From IMG/VR virus record IMGVR_UViG_3300050506_000139, positions 1-14,157 of that record: a DNA stretch of 14,157 nt; one strand, given 5' to 3'. Position 1 is the stretch's first letter. Each line of letters begins with the position of its first letter. Source of the DNA: a virus. The notes below the pieces were generated by a model, which had not been told where the DNA came from, did no database searches, and saw nothing but the letters and a program-made list of their open reading frames with translations. A program made the position numbers and the translations under genes. This document shows, one piece after another, positions 1 through 6,594 of the stretch.

Positions 1-127
1 CCACATGCGAGAGCAAATGCGCCCGAAGAGCGGGGTCACGCGTCGTCCCCCGTCCTTTCGCGCGACAAGTAGGCATGCAGGTCTGCGCGTCGCCAACGGC
101 GGTGGCTGCCGAGCTTCGACGCCAAGC
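1..127. repeat. Terminal direct repeat, copy 1 (identical to 14031-14157)
   Basis: Base-by-base comparison shows ccacatgcgagagcaaatgc...gagcttcgacgccaagc at both window ends, 127/127 identical. Confidence 0.97.
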
Positions 128-317
128 TGGCAAGGCCAGCATCGCGGCGAACCCGGGCTTGGAATGCGAGGACATTGGGGCAGCCGACTTCCCGCGCGGC
201 GTCCGCGTCGGTCAGCAGCGCGGTGCGGCCGGACTCCTCGAGCATCATCCGAAACCGGTCGCTCAGGCGGTTCTCAAACGCGACCAGCTTGGCGTCGAAT
301 TCCTCCTCGGTGATCAT
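36..317 (-). CDS. Excisionase/AlpA-like HTH DNA-binding protein (MerR-superfamily HTH_17-like)
   Basis: The C-terminal LLTDADAAREVGCPNVL...GSHRRWRRADLHAYL fits the excisionase pattern (LT..EaA..lG...., G.r.rW...dl..wL). I prefer the ATG at 317 (MITEEEF), preceded by GGTGAAGG, which also holds the upstream stop. The track ORF extends to 362. Continues by wrap-around into the replication gene. Confidence 0.55.
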   Translation of the reverse strand: MITEEEFDAKLVAFENRLSDRFRMMLEESGRTALLTDADAAREVGCPNVLAFQARVRRDAGLASLASKLGSHRRWRRADLHAYLSRERTGDDA

Positions 318-325
318 GACGACCT

Positions 326-520
326 TCACCGCGGGAGCGCCTCTGGCACGGGCAAACCACACGTACCCAACACTTTCCGGATGCGCTCTGCCAGCAGTGG
401 GCGCACGGGCTGCCCAGACAGCATGCGCTTGACGGTGCGGGGATCCGCGACCGCCATTGCTGCGACCATTCTGATCTCGGTTTCGGTGAGCTCATTGTTC
501 CGCTCGCTCATGTTGTCCAA
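326..520 (-). CDS. Small HTH regulator (DPRTVKR motif)
   Basis: 64-aa ORF with VAAMAVADPRTVKRMLSGQPVRPLLAERIRKVL, an HTH-like helix-turn-recognition helix. TTG at 520, alternative ATG at 511. Tightly packed in the leftward operon. Confidence 0.5.
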   Translation of the reverse strand: MDNMSERNNELTETEIRMVAAMAVADPRTVKRMLSGQPVRPLLAERIRKVLGTCGLPVPEALPR

Positions 521-569
521 GATGAACGAGAGAGCGGGTCAAGTCACTGACACCCGAGCAGAAAATATG

Positions 570-1172
570 TCAGTCTCGGATTTCTCGGATTTCTTTTAGC
601 CAGGCGGCAATCAGATTCTCGGTCAATACCGGACGCGGTGTGATCTTCTTTCCGCCATCAAGCACCCTGCGCACAGTCCGCGGATCTATGCCGAGCTCAT
701 CAGCGATTATCTCAGATGCCTTCCCGAGCGTGAGCCCCTTGGTCTGTCGCGGTTCGTGGCCGGGAGGGTAGCACTTCGGTCGTCGAGGCCGGTTGTCTAC
801 GAGATCGTCGAGCCGGCTATATATGTGTTCCTGTCTTTTTGCGAGCTGCCATGCGTCGCCACGACCGGGCCACAGGCGTTTCCCCTCGGCTCTGACTTCA
901 TTCTCGAGCCGGCGAGTCTCGGACTTGTCCGCGTCCATTTCAAGAAGGTTCGCATCGAAGGCCTGGACCAGTTCCATCAAGCGAGTGGCTTCGTCCCGAA
1001 GAAAGTCACGACACTCTAGAAGCGATGGGAATCGGTTTTTACGTCTGGGCAACTGCTCCGCGTCCTTCCCGCATCGCTTAAGAGAAACCGGGCAGGGCGC
1101 CGAGGACGCGGCGACCGGCGCCCACACAGCGGGGATCAACCACTGCGTTGCCCGACATGGATACTCTACCAT
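570..1172 (-). CDS. Regulatory protein with coiled-coil middle and C-terminal HTH (DPRTVRR motif); start uncertain
   Basis: The C-terminus LGKASEIIADELGIDPRTVRRVLDGGKKITPRP repeats the motif of the next gene. ATG at 1172 has no clear RBS and internal ATGs (for example 977) are possible. First gene of the leftward operon, divergent from 1371 (+). Confidence 0.5.
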   Translation of the reverse strand: MVEYPCRATQWLIPAVWAPVAASSAPCPVSLKRCGKDAEQLPRRKNRFPSLLECRDFLRDEATRLMELVQAFDANLLEMDADKSETRRLENEVRAEGKRLWPGRGDAWQLAKRQEHIYSRLDDLVDNRPRRPKCYPPGHEPRQTKGLTLGKASEIIADELGIDPRTVRRVLDGGKKITPRPVLTENLIAAWLKEIREIRD

Positions 1173-1370
1173 GCAGCTCTGACACGACGTGTGCTAGCCT
1201 GACATCTGCGTTCGCAGAAAACTCCGCGCGGGATCGGCATTGCTGGGGTTTTTGCCCCCTGAACGAGTGCACCTGATTGCGATCCCAGCTGCACGTCGTC
1301 ATCATTCGGCCGGAACTACCCACGGGCCGAGTACATTGATCCATCGACCTAGCACATCTCTGGAGCATAG

Positions 1371-2153
1371 ATGAAGCGATTAACAACGATCCTTCTGTCC
1401 TCGCTCGCCGCTATTTCTACTACCATTGTCGGTCTCAGTCGCGTCGATATTCCAAGAGGATTCTGGGGCGAAAAGAGAGTTCTGATCATCTTAGCGATCG
1501 CGTATCTTGGTATCCACGCTTTCGCGCAGCCGATAGTAAAAGATGTCAAAGAACGCATGACGAGTCGAAGCGTGCGGCGGCGAGAGGACATCACTGAATT
1601 GCTTATTGGGGCGCTTAGCAACATCGCCGACCAAACGGGTCTCGATTGGAGGCAGCTTGGTGTCCACGTTTTTCTCGTCAAAACCAAATGGCGTTGGCCC
1701 TTCCGAAAAGCCTGGTGGCCGCTCCGCAATCCGCGGGAGCAGGTCCAATATCAGGTTTCTCGTTTTAAGATCGCGAGGCATCCGCCGTCATCGGGCATTC
1801 GATGGACAAAGGGCAAGGGCGCCATAGGAGACTGCTGGGAGAAGCAGGTGCCGATCTCAGCAAATCTATACCGGGACTTTGCGCCCTATGCGAAGTTAAC
1901 GGCACAAGAGTGGGACGGGTTGGATCGCGACGTTCGGTATGGGCTGAGCTTTGATGAGTTTCGCAGAGTGAAAGATTACGGAGGGGCAATCGTTGTTACA
2001 CCAATCAAAAAGGCGGACGACACGACCAAGTACATTGGGTGCGTGAGTGCGGATTCGCCCGGCGATTCCTTACAAAGACTCGATAACCCCAGCGTTTTTG
2101 AAGTCCTTCAGGGTGTGGCAAAAACCACCGCCACGCTCTTGTCACGGCGGTAG
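1371..2153 (+). CDS. Membrane protein with two N-terminal TM helices and a GAF-like C-terminal domain; candidate cargo
   Basis: ATG with GGAG 5 nt upstream. Two hydrophobic helices (ILLSSLAAISTTIVGL, VLIILAIAYLGIHAFA). The C-terminal pattern LGVHVFLV...RF...IRWTKGKGAIGDCW...GGAIVVTPI...YIGCVSADS resembles the GAF/GAF_2 core (G.G..G ... vPl ... iGvl..ds). Opposite strand to most genes and more A/T-rich by eye. Confidence 0.6.
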   Translation: MKRLTTILLSSLAAISTTIVGLSRVDIPRGFWGEKRVLIILAIAYLGIHAFAQPIVKDVKERMTSRSVRRREDITELLIGALSNIADQTGLDWRQLGVHVFLVKTKWRWPFRKAWWPLRNPREQVQYQVSRFKIARHPPSSGIRWTKGKGAIGDCWEKQVPISANLYRDFAPYAKLTAQEWDGLDRDVRYGLSFDEFRRVKDYGGAIVVTPIKKADDTTKYIGCVSADSPGDSLQRLDNPSVFEVLQGVAKTTATLLSRR

Positions 2154-2178
2154 GGTATACTTATGAATTAGGTGACGG

Positions 2179-2370
2179 ATGCCTAGCCAAACCAGAAAAC
2201 TGGTCAAGCAGACCGTAGTCACGGAGCAGTTTCTTGAGACGTTGGAGCAACTTCACGTGAGCGAAAAGGTCGTCGAGGCGGCAAAGCGCGCGCTCGAGAG
2301 ACCGTCGACCGACGAGGAAACAAAGCTTCCACCCCGAAGCCACCCGGGGCGGGTACGCCGCTCAACGTAA
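2179..2370 (+). CDS. Small helical hypothetical protein
   Basis: 63-aa ORF 25 nt downstream of the membrane GAF-like gene, on the same strand, with AGGTGA just upstream of the ATG. No recognisable motif. Confidence 0.3.
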   Translation: MPSQTRKLVKQTVVTEQFLETLEQLHVSEKVVEAAKRALERPSTDEETKLPPRSHPGRVRRST

Positions 2371-2536
2371 GATCTCTGCCCGTCCGCTTCCGCTACAACG
2401 GCCATATGGAGCTCGGTATGGTCGGCGCGTCACCTCCGACAATCTCATGTCTGTGTGTTAGGGCGCCTGGCTGAGCGATCCCTTGTGGTCATCGGCGCTT
2501 GTCGGCGACCGAAGACATGACGCAACTCATTGTAAT

Positions 2537-2577
2537 GCTTAGAAGGCCTGTGCTCTATCCAGCTGAGCTACGGGAGC
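2537..2577 (-). other. Truncated tRNA-Arg(UCU): 5' half only (acceptor 5' strand, D-arm, anticodon stem 5' strand and loop); candidate attP identity block
   Basis: The minus strand reads GCTCCCG TA GCTC AGCTGGATA GAGC A CAGGC CTTCTAA GC. This is a canonical acceptor, D stem-loop and anticodon loop with anticodon TCT. Similarity ends 2 nt after the loop. No T-arm or 3' acceptor strand was found downstream. It starts 7 nt after the integrase stop. Confidence 0.75.
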
Positions 2578-2584
2578 AATGTCG

Positions 2585-3886
2585 TCAAACCTTACCTAAT
2601 CGTTCAGCTATCTGCAACGCGACGCCGGCGTCATCCGTGGCCGTGTCGGCTTCCATATGGTGTCTGGTATGGTCGTCGGCCATCTGCTGCCGTCGGGCCT
2701 GGTCCATGCTGGCGATGTCGGCGGGCAGCTTGGGCGCGAAGCTGAGGCGCGCCACCTGCGCCGAGAGGCGCGCGGGCATCGCATGCGCGTAGCGCTCGAC
2801 CTGGCTCATGGACTTCCACCGCCCCAGCTCCCTGAGCTCCACCGGATGCGTCCCCTCGGCTGCCAGGAGCGTTGCGAACGCATGGCGCAAAGCGTGGTTG
2901 TAGTGCTGCGGGACGTGAACGCCGGCCGCTACCAGCAGGTCCTTGACCTTCCGCATATCGTGCGGGTTGACCGCGCGGGCACCCTTCCCGCGCGCCCGCG
3001 GCATCGCGATAACCAACCCGTCTTTCGTCGCCGGGCACTTTTCTCGCCATTGCCGAAGCATCACCACCAGCTCCGGATTAGCCGGCACGGTCTTGACCTC
3101 CTCGTTCTTGGTGGTCGTCGCCCAGGACCGCGCCACGGTGATAAGGCCCCGCTCCAGGTCGCAATCGATCCAGCGTAGACCGCAAATCTCCCCGAGTCGC
3201 AGGCCCAAATACGCGCCGAGGGCAACGGCCGGCTTCAGATAACCGATGCCCATGGTCTCCGCGGTGGCTAGCATCTTCTCGAGCTCCCCGGCCGTGTAGT
3301 AGTCGGGCTTGCCGAGTTGGACCGATGGCCGCTCCACCTCGGCCGTGGGGTTCTCGCACGTGATGATGCCTTCCTTGCGAGCCCAGCGGTACATCCGGGA
3401 GATGACCTTCAAGACGTGAACCACGGTCTGCTTGGAACGCTTCGAAAGGATGTCATCGCGCAGCCGCTCCACATCCTTACGCGTGACATCGCTGGCGAGC
3501 TTCTGGCCGAGGGCCGGCAAGATGTAGTGCGTAAACTTGGAGCGCGCGAAGGCGCGGTATTTCTCCAGGTCTTTGATCCGTGGCCGAGAGTATTCGGCGA
3601 GAAAGCGATCGGCGACCTGATTCACGGTAAGCGCCACAGGCGCAGGCGCAGGCGGCTTCGGCTCTGGTAACCCTTTTCGAATGCGATCGGCTCGGGCCTC
3701 TGCCTCGCGTTCCAGCCGAGCGCCTCCATCCCGGGCTTGCGCCATGCTCTCGATCGCGTGCCCGTCGCCATCGGTGAGTAAAAGCTTGCTGTTTCGGCGC
3801 AGCTCGCCCTGCGCATCGACCTCGAGCAGCCCTTCAGCGTAGTAGCGCCAGCCCTTGCGTGTCTTCCGTCTGAATACGTAGGCCAT
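2585..3886 (-). CDS. int: Tyrosine recombinase / phage integrase
   Basis: Catalytic signature present: R in GLRLGEICGL, HALRHAF (H-x-x-R), GRWKS, and catalytic Tyr in VERYAH. N-terminal SAM-like core-binding region (VNQVADRFLAEY). ATG at 3886 is preceded by AAGGAGG. The track start at 3889 is a TTG one codon upstream. Confidence 0.92.
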   Translation of the reverse strand: MAYVFRRKTRKGWRYYAEGLLEVDAQGELRRNSKLLLTDGDGHAIESMAQARDGGARLEREAEARADRIRKGLPEPKPPAPAPVALTVNQVADRFLAEYSRPRIKDLEKYRAFARSKFTHYILPALGQKLASDVTRKDVERLRDDILSKRSKQTVVHVLKVISRMYRWARKEGIITCENPTAEVERPSVQLGKPDYYTAGELEKMLATAETMGIGYLKPAVALGAYLGLRLGEICGLRWIDCDLERGLITVARSWATTTKNEEVKTVPANPELVVMLRQWREKCPATKDGLVIAMPRARGKGARAVNPHDMRKVKDLLVAAGVHVPQHYNHALRHAFATLLAAEGTHPVELRELGRWKSMSQVERYAHAMPARLSAQVARLSFAPKLPADIASMDQARRQQMADDHTRHHMEADTATDDAGVALQIAERLGKV

Positions 3887-5262
3887 CAATCCTCCTTTTC
3901 TCGGCTACTCAACCCACTGCAGTTGAACCGAGGCGAATGCCTGCCTGAACGAACGCGCCGATGGTGTAGTCGTCGCATTGGAGAGTAAAATCGCCGGCGG
4001 ATCGGAATGTGAATCGTGGGGGTTTGGCTATGGCCGGGATGAGTCGCGGACGGAAGGCATTCAACGTTATCGGCGGCTTGGTGTTGATCGCGATGGCCGT
4101 GGCGGTCGTGGCGATCAGAGAGATGAAACAAGAGCCGGTACCGCGTCCCGCTTCTGTCACTCCGCCCCAAGCCGCTCCGTCCCTTTCCACGACAAATGCA
4201 CCAGGACAGCAGCCTCCCCCTTCTGATCCCAATGCTCCTATAGATACCAAAAACCTGGGCGCCTCGATCGCGCAAGAGTTGAAAAGCCTCAGCGCGACGT
4301 ATGCGAGCGAAGGCCCCCCCGGCAAGTACGCCGACCTGATTGATTCGGGGCTTTCGATCGATACAAGAGCAATTCTGGACGTGGCCGAGAAGGGCGCCGA
4401 GAACGCTCGGACGATTACATACTCCCATTTGAAGAAGGATGCGGACCGTTACGCCGGAAAGCCGTTTGTCTTTAGCGGACCGATCCTTGAAATACAAGAG
4501 GCGAAGGGGCAGCTCGTTGCTCGAATCAACCAAGGAAGCTATAGCGAACGCCCGATCTGGGTGGCAGCCACGTTTAACACCGAATTCATCGACGGGAAAT
4601 ATGTCGACGTGATTGGATACTTGGCAGGTTCTTACAGCTATACATCGCAAGCCGGTTGGAACATAACGATCCCTTCTGTCTTCGCTATAGCAATGACCAA
4701 AAACGGGAATCTCGCCAGGGCCCGAGCGCTCCGAAGCGGAAAGCGCTTGCGGCGCAGCGAAGACGAGGAGTGAAATCACGAAACAGTCCTCCTCTCTCGG
4801 CTCAGCAAACGCCATCTGTTCTGCATTCGAGGCGGCTTCCATGATTTCGTGGACCCGCGCCTGCGATGCCGCGAGGTCGCGTTCGAGGGTGTCTATGCGG
4901 GACCGGTCGGCCTGCGACGCGGCCAGCGCTTCGTGGCACATGTCTTTCAGTTCGGAGACCCGCGCCTTGGTGGTGTTAGCCGCGCGTGCATGGCCCCCTG
5001 CGACATCGACCAGCCGCGCATTCTCTCCCTCCAAGCGCTCGCGGTCCCGCTCCAGCTCGGCGACCCGCGCCGCTAATTGCTCGCATTCGGCTTCGGCGCT
5101 GTTCATTTCGCGTTCGAGCTGGTCACGCCACCGATCGCGTTCGGCGCGGGCCTCATCGCGCTCGCGTTCTAGCTCGGCGACCCGCGCGCGTAGGCGGTCG
5201 ATGATTTCCGCGTCAGCTTTCACGCCGGCAAGGTCGGAGATTCTTTCCTTGTGCCAGCTCAT
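3886..5262 (-). CDS. Coiled-coil protein; only the first 155 or so codons (5262 to about 4800) look coding, and the frame then stays open to 3886
   Basis: ATG at 5262 overlaps the upstream stop (ATGA). The N-terminus is heptad-like with an internal duplication (ARVAELERERDEA / ARVAELERDRERLE). Beyond about 4800 the translation is antisense to 4009-4773 and looks non-protein-like. The first in-frame stop is at 3886-3888, overlapping the int ATG (TGATG). Confidence 0.45.
   Translation of the reverse strand: MSWHKERISDLAGVKADAEIIDRLRARVAELERERDEARAERDRWRDQLEREMNSAEAECEQLAARVAELERDRERLEGENARLVDVAGGHARAANTTKARVSELKDMCHEALAASQADRSRIDTLERDLAASQARVHEIMEAASNAEQMAFAEPREEDCFVISLLVFAAPQALSASERSGPGEIPVFGHCYSEDRRDRYVPTGLRCIAVRTCQVSNHVDIFPVDEFGVKRGCHPDRAFAIASLVDSSNELPLRLLYFKDRSAKDKRLSGVTVRILLQMGVCNRPSVLGALLGHVQNCSCIDRKPRINQVGVLAGGAFARIRRAEAFQLLRDRGAQVFGIYRSIGIRRGRLLSWCICRGKGRSGLGRSDRSGTRYRLLFHLSDRHDRHGHRDQHQAADNVECLPSATHPGHSQTPTIHIPIRRRFYSPMRRLHHRRVRSGRHSPRFNCSGLSSREKED
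4009..4773 (+). CDS. Signal-anchored or secreted protein with Pro-rich linker and globular C-terminal domain; function unknown
   Basis: N-terminal basic stretch plus hydrophobic helix (RGRKAFNVIGGLVLIAMAVAVVAI), a P/S/T/Q-rich linker, then ordinary globular composition rich in K, I, Y, F and N. Start is GTG 4009, ATG 4030 or ATG 4039. The opposite-strand frame here is R/C/H/S-rich junk. Confidence 0.6.
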   Translation: MNRGGLAMAGMSRGRKAFNVIGGLVLIAMAVAVVAIREMKQEPVPRPASVTPPQAAPSLSTTNAPGQQPPPSDPNAPIDTKNLGASIAQELKSLSATYASEGPPGKYADLIDSGLSIDTRAILDVAEKGAENARTITYSHLKKDADRYAGKPFVFSGPILEIQEAKGQLVARINQGSYSERPIWVAATFNTEFIDGKYVDVIGYLAGSYSYTSQAGWNITIPSVFAIAMTKNGNLARARALRSGKRLRRSEDEE

Positions 5263-5594
5263 GCGGCCTCTTTTTCTTCATCTTCCGTGAGCCCCTGATT
5301 GAGCGCTGGGCCGTAGCTTGCCGCACATACCGAATCGATGCGCTCAGCAGCCTCACCAAGAATGAACTCAAGGGCTTCGATTTCGTCTAACCCAAGTGAG
5401 CTTCCACCGGACGACTCGATGGTGCGATAGACCAAGCGGAGATAGTGCGCGACGATAGCGGCATCCTCGTTGATCTTCTCGAACACCTTGCTCATCTGAA
5501 CCGGTTGCGTCCGTGCCTTGCTGCCAACGTTCCTCTTCGCCTTCATGTTCCCCCGTCCTTTCGTTGCGCCCTCGTTTTTCGGCGCCTCTGCCAC
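5259..5594 (-). CDS. Hypothetical protein (basic N-terminus, acidic C-terminus)
   Basis: 111-aa ORF. Start is GTG 5594 or ATG 5546 (MKAKRNV, preceded by AAGGACGGGGGA). Its stop overlaps the next gene's start (ATGA). Confidence 0.55.
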   Translation of the reverse strand: MAEAPKNEGATKGRGNMKAKRNVGSKARTQPVQMSKVFEKINEDAAIVAHYLRLVYRTIESSGGSSLGLDEIEALEFILGEAAERIDSVCAASYGPALNQGLTEDEEKEAA

Positions 5595-5621
5595 CTACGC
5601 GCGCGGCCCCACGCCGCACGC

Positions 5622-6020
5622 TTACAAACCAGCGTCACGCAGACGTGCATTGATCGCCGGGAGTGTCTGCCATGCCGGATCGCAGTGATCGCAATCGTCG
5701 CGCCCCAAGTGGCCGAGATGAGAGTGCATCAACTCGTGTGCATAGGCTGACGCGTCGAAGCTGCCCGGCCAAAAGAGCTCCACGCAATCGCAATGGCTGA
5801 AATAGAGCCCTTGGTACTGGTGGCCGTCCTTAGGGTCCGTGACAAGACCGGCGTCCCATTGCACCAACGGCGCGGGATCCGTTTCGTCCATCATCTGGTT
5901 CCATGTGATGGCCTCGGCCTCGCACTGCCTCGGCTGCCCATGTTCGCAATCGACCGGAGTTCCCGAGGGACCGTAATAGCACCCGCCGACGAACAGGAGA
6001 AGCATGAGCGCTCGCCGCAT
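5622..6020 (-). CDS. Cys-rich lipoprotein with HExxH motif (putative small zinc metallopeptidase-like)
   Basis: From the ATG at 6020 the protein begins MRRALMLLLFVGGC, a signal peptide plus lipobox-like VGGC. The mature part has 8 Cys and AYAHELMHSHLGH. The track ORF starts upstream at 6128. Confidence 0.6.
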   Translation of the reverse strand: MRRALMLLLFVGGCYYGPSGTPVDCEHGQPRQCEAEAITWNQMMDETDPAPLVQWDAGLVTDPKDGHQYQGLYFSHCDCVELFWPGSFDASAYAHELMHSHLGHLGRDDCDHCDPAWQTLPAINARLRDAGL

Positions 6021-6202
6021 CAGGCCACCAACCGCGCCAACGTGGAACAGCACCGAGTGCAGTTGCGCAACTCTGCCGCCGCTTCGCCATCGATTGCCTG
6101 CATCCCCACGTAAGGCAGTGCCTGCCATGCGACCTCATCGATCTTCAGCGCCTCATGCGTTTCACGCGAACACATCAGATACACCTCTCCCTTTGCGGCC
6201 AT
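6020..6202 (-). CDS. Small hypothetical protein
   Basis: 60-aa ORF with ATG at 6202. Its stop overlaps the lipoprotein ATG (TGATG). Weak RBS and no motif. Confidence 0.3.
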   Translation of the reverse strand: MAAKGEVYLMCSRETHEALKIDEVAWQALPYVGMQAIDGEAAAELRNCTRCCSTLARLVA

Positions 6203-6237
6203 AGGCCGCGCCTGCGAACGTTCCTCTTGAGCGCTTA

Positions 6238-6402
6238 CTACCGCTGGACTTTCTTACTTTCCTGATTGGCCAGCCAGTCGAGCAGCGCGACGCGCACGAT
6301 ATCCGCACGCGAAATCTTCAGGCCGGGGCGCTCCGCCGCCATGCGTTCGGCCGCCTTATCGAGCTTTGCGACGAGCCCCGTGTCGAGCCTAATGTGAAGC
6401 AT
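6238..6402 (-). CDS. Ribbon-helix-helix (CopG/Arc/MetJ-like) DNA-binding protein
   Basis: From the ATG at 6402 (GAGGAGGAAAAG upstream) the protein is MLHIRLDTGLVAKLDKAAERMAAERPGLKISRADIVRVALLDWL. This is a beta-strand followed by two helices, typical of RHH. The track ORF extends to 6462. Confidence 0.7.
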   Translation of the reverse strand: MLHIRLDTGLVAKLDKAAERMAAERPGLKISRADIVRVALLDWLANQESKKVQR

Positions 6403-6433
6403 CTTTTCCTCCTCGATAACCATGCGAGCGATT

Positions 6434-6575
6434 CGATACAAGAACGATACCAACACGTCCACTCTTGGGTGTACGCAGGGTTACGCGCGCGACCTGGGGC
6501 AATACCCGGGTATCGTTTGCAACACCTGTTGTATCGGTTGCCACACCGACTGTTACGGCCGATACACGGGTATCG
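6434..6575. promoter_or_regulatory. Operator or iteron array of CGATAC/GTATCG hexamers between the TerL stop and the RHH gene
   Basis: CGATAC at 6434 and 6445 (11-bp spacing). 16-bp palindromes CAATACccggGTATCG (6500-6515) and CGATACacggGTATCG (6560-6575). 18-bp direct repeats GTATCGtTTGCaACACC / GTATCGgTTGCcACACC at 6510 and 6531 (21-bp spacing). Confidence 0.55.
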
Positions 6576-6594
6576 TCTGACCCACCGGCCCGCA

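Noticed and set aside
5-599. Plus-strand ORFs 5-313, 75-599 and 175-432
   Set aside because: They are R/S/A-rich shadow frames opposite the coupled minus-strand HTH and Xis-like genes. No RBS is present, as is typical of GC-rich antisense ORFs.
2420-2520. Possible integrase arm-type sites (GTCGGCG-like repeats at 2421, 2491 and 2501; inverted TCATGTCT/AGACATGA at 2445 and 2513)
   Set aside because: The matches are short and degenerate in GC-rich sequence, so I cannot distinguish them from chance by eye. Worth testing only after att sites are defined from integrated copies.
2371-2577. A full-length tRNA, or a tRNA interrupted by a group I intron in the anticodon loop
   Set aside because: Downstream of the anticodon loop on the minus strand I found no GGTTCGAATCC-type T-arm. 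There is also no CGGGAGC 3' acceptor strand within several hundred bases. Only the 5' 41 nt are tRNA-like.
2499-2792. 97-aa plus-strand ORF spanning the tRNA fragment and the 3' end of int
   Set aside because: It runs antisense to the well-supported integrase and across the tRNA fragment. The composition is not protein-like and there is no RBS.
6434-6575. A CRISPR array or miniature-repeat element
   Set aside because: The repeat units are only 6-18 bp, appear in mixed orientation, and have irregular short spacers. This pattern fits protein-binding sites, not CRISPR.
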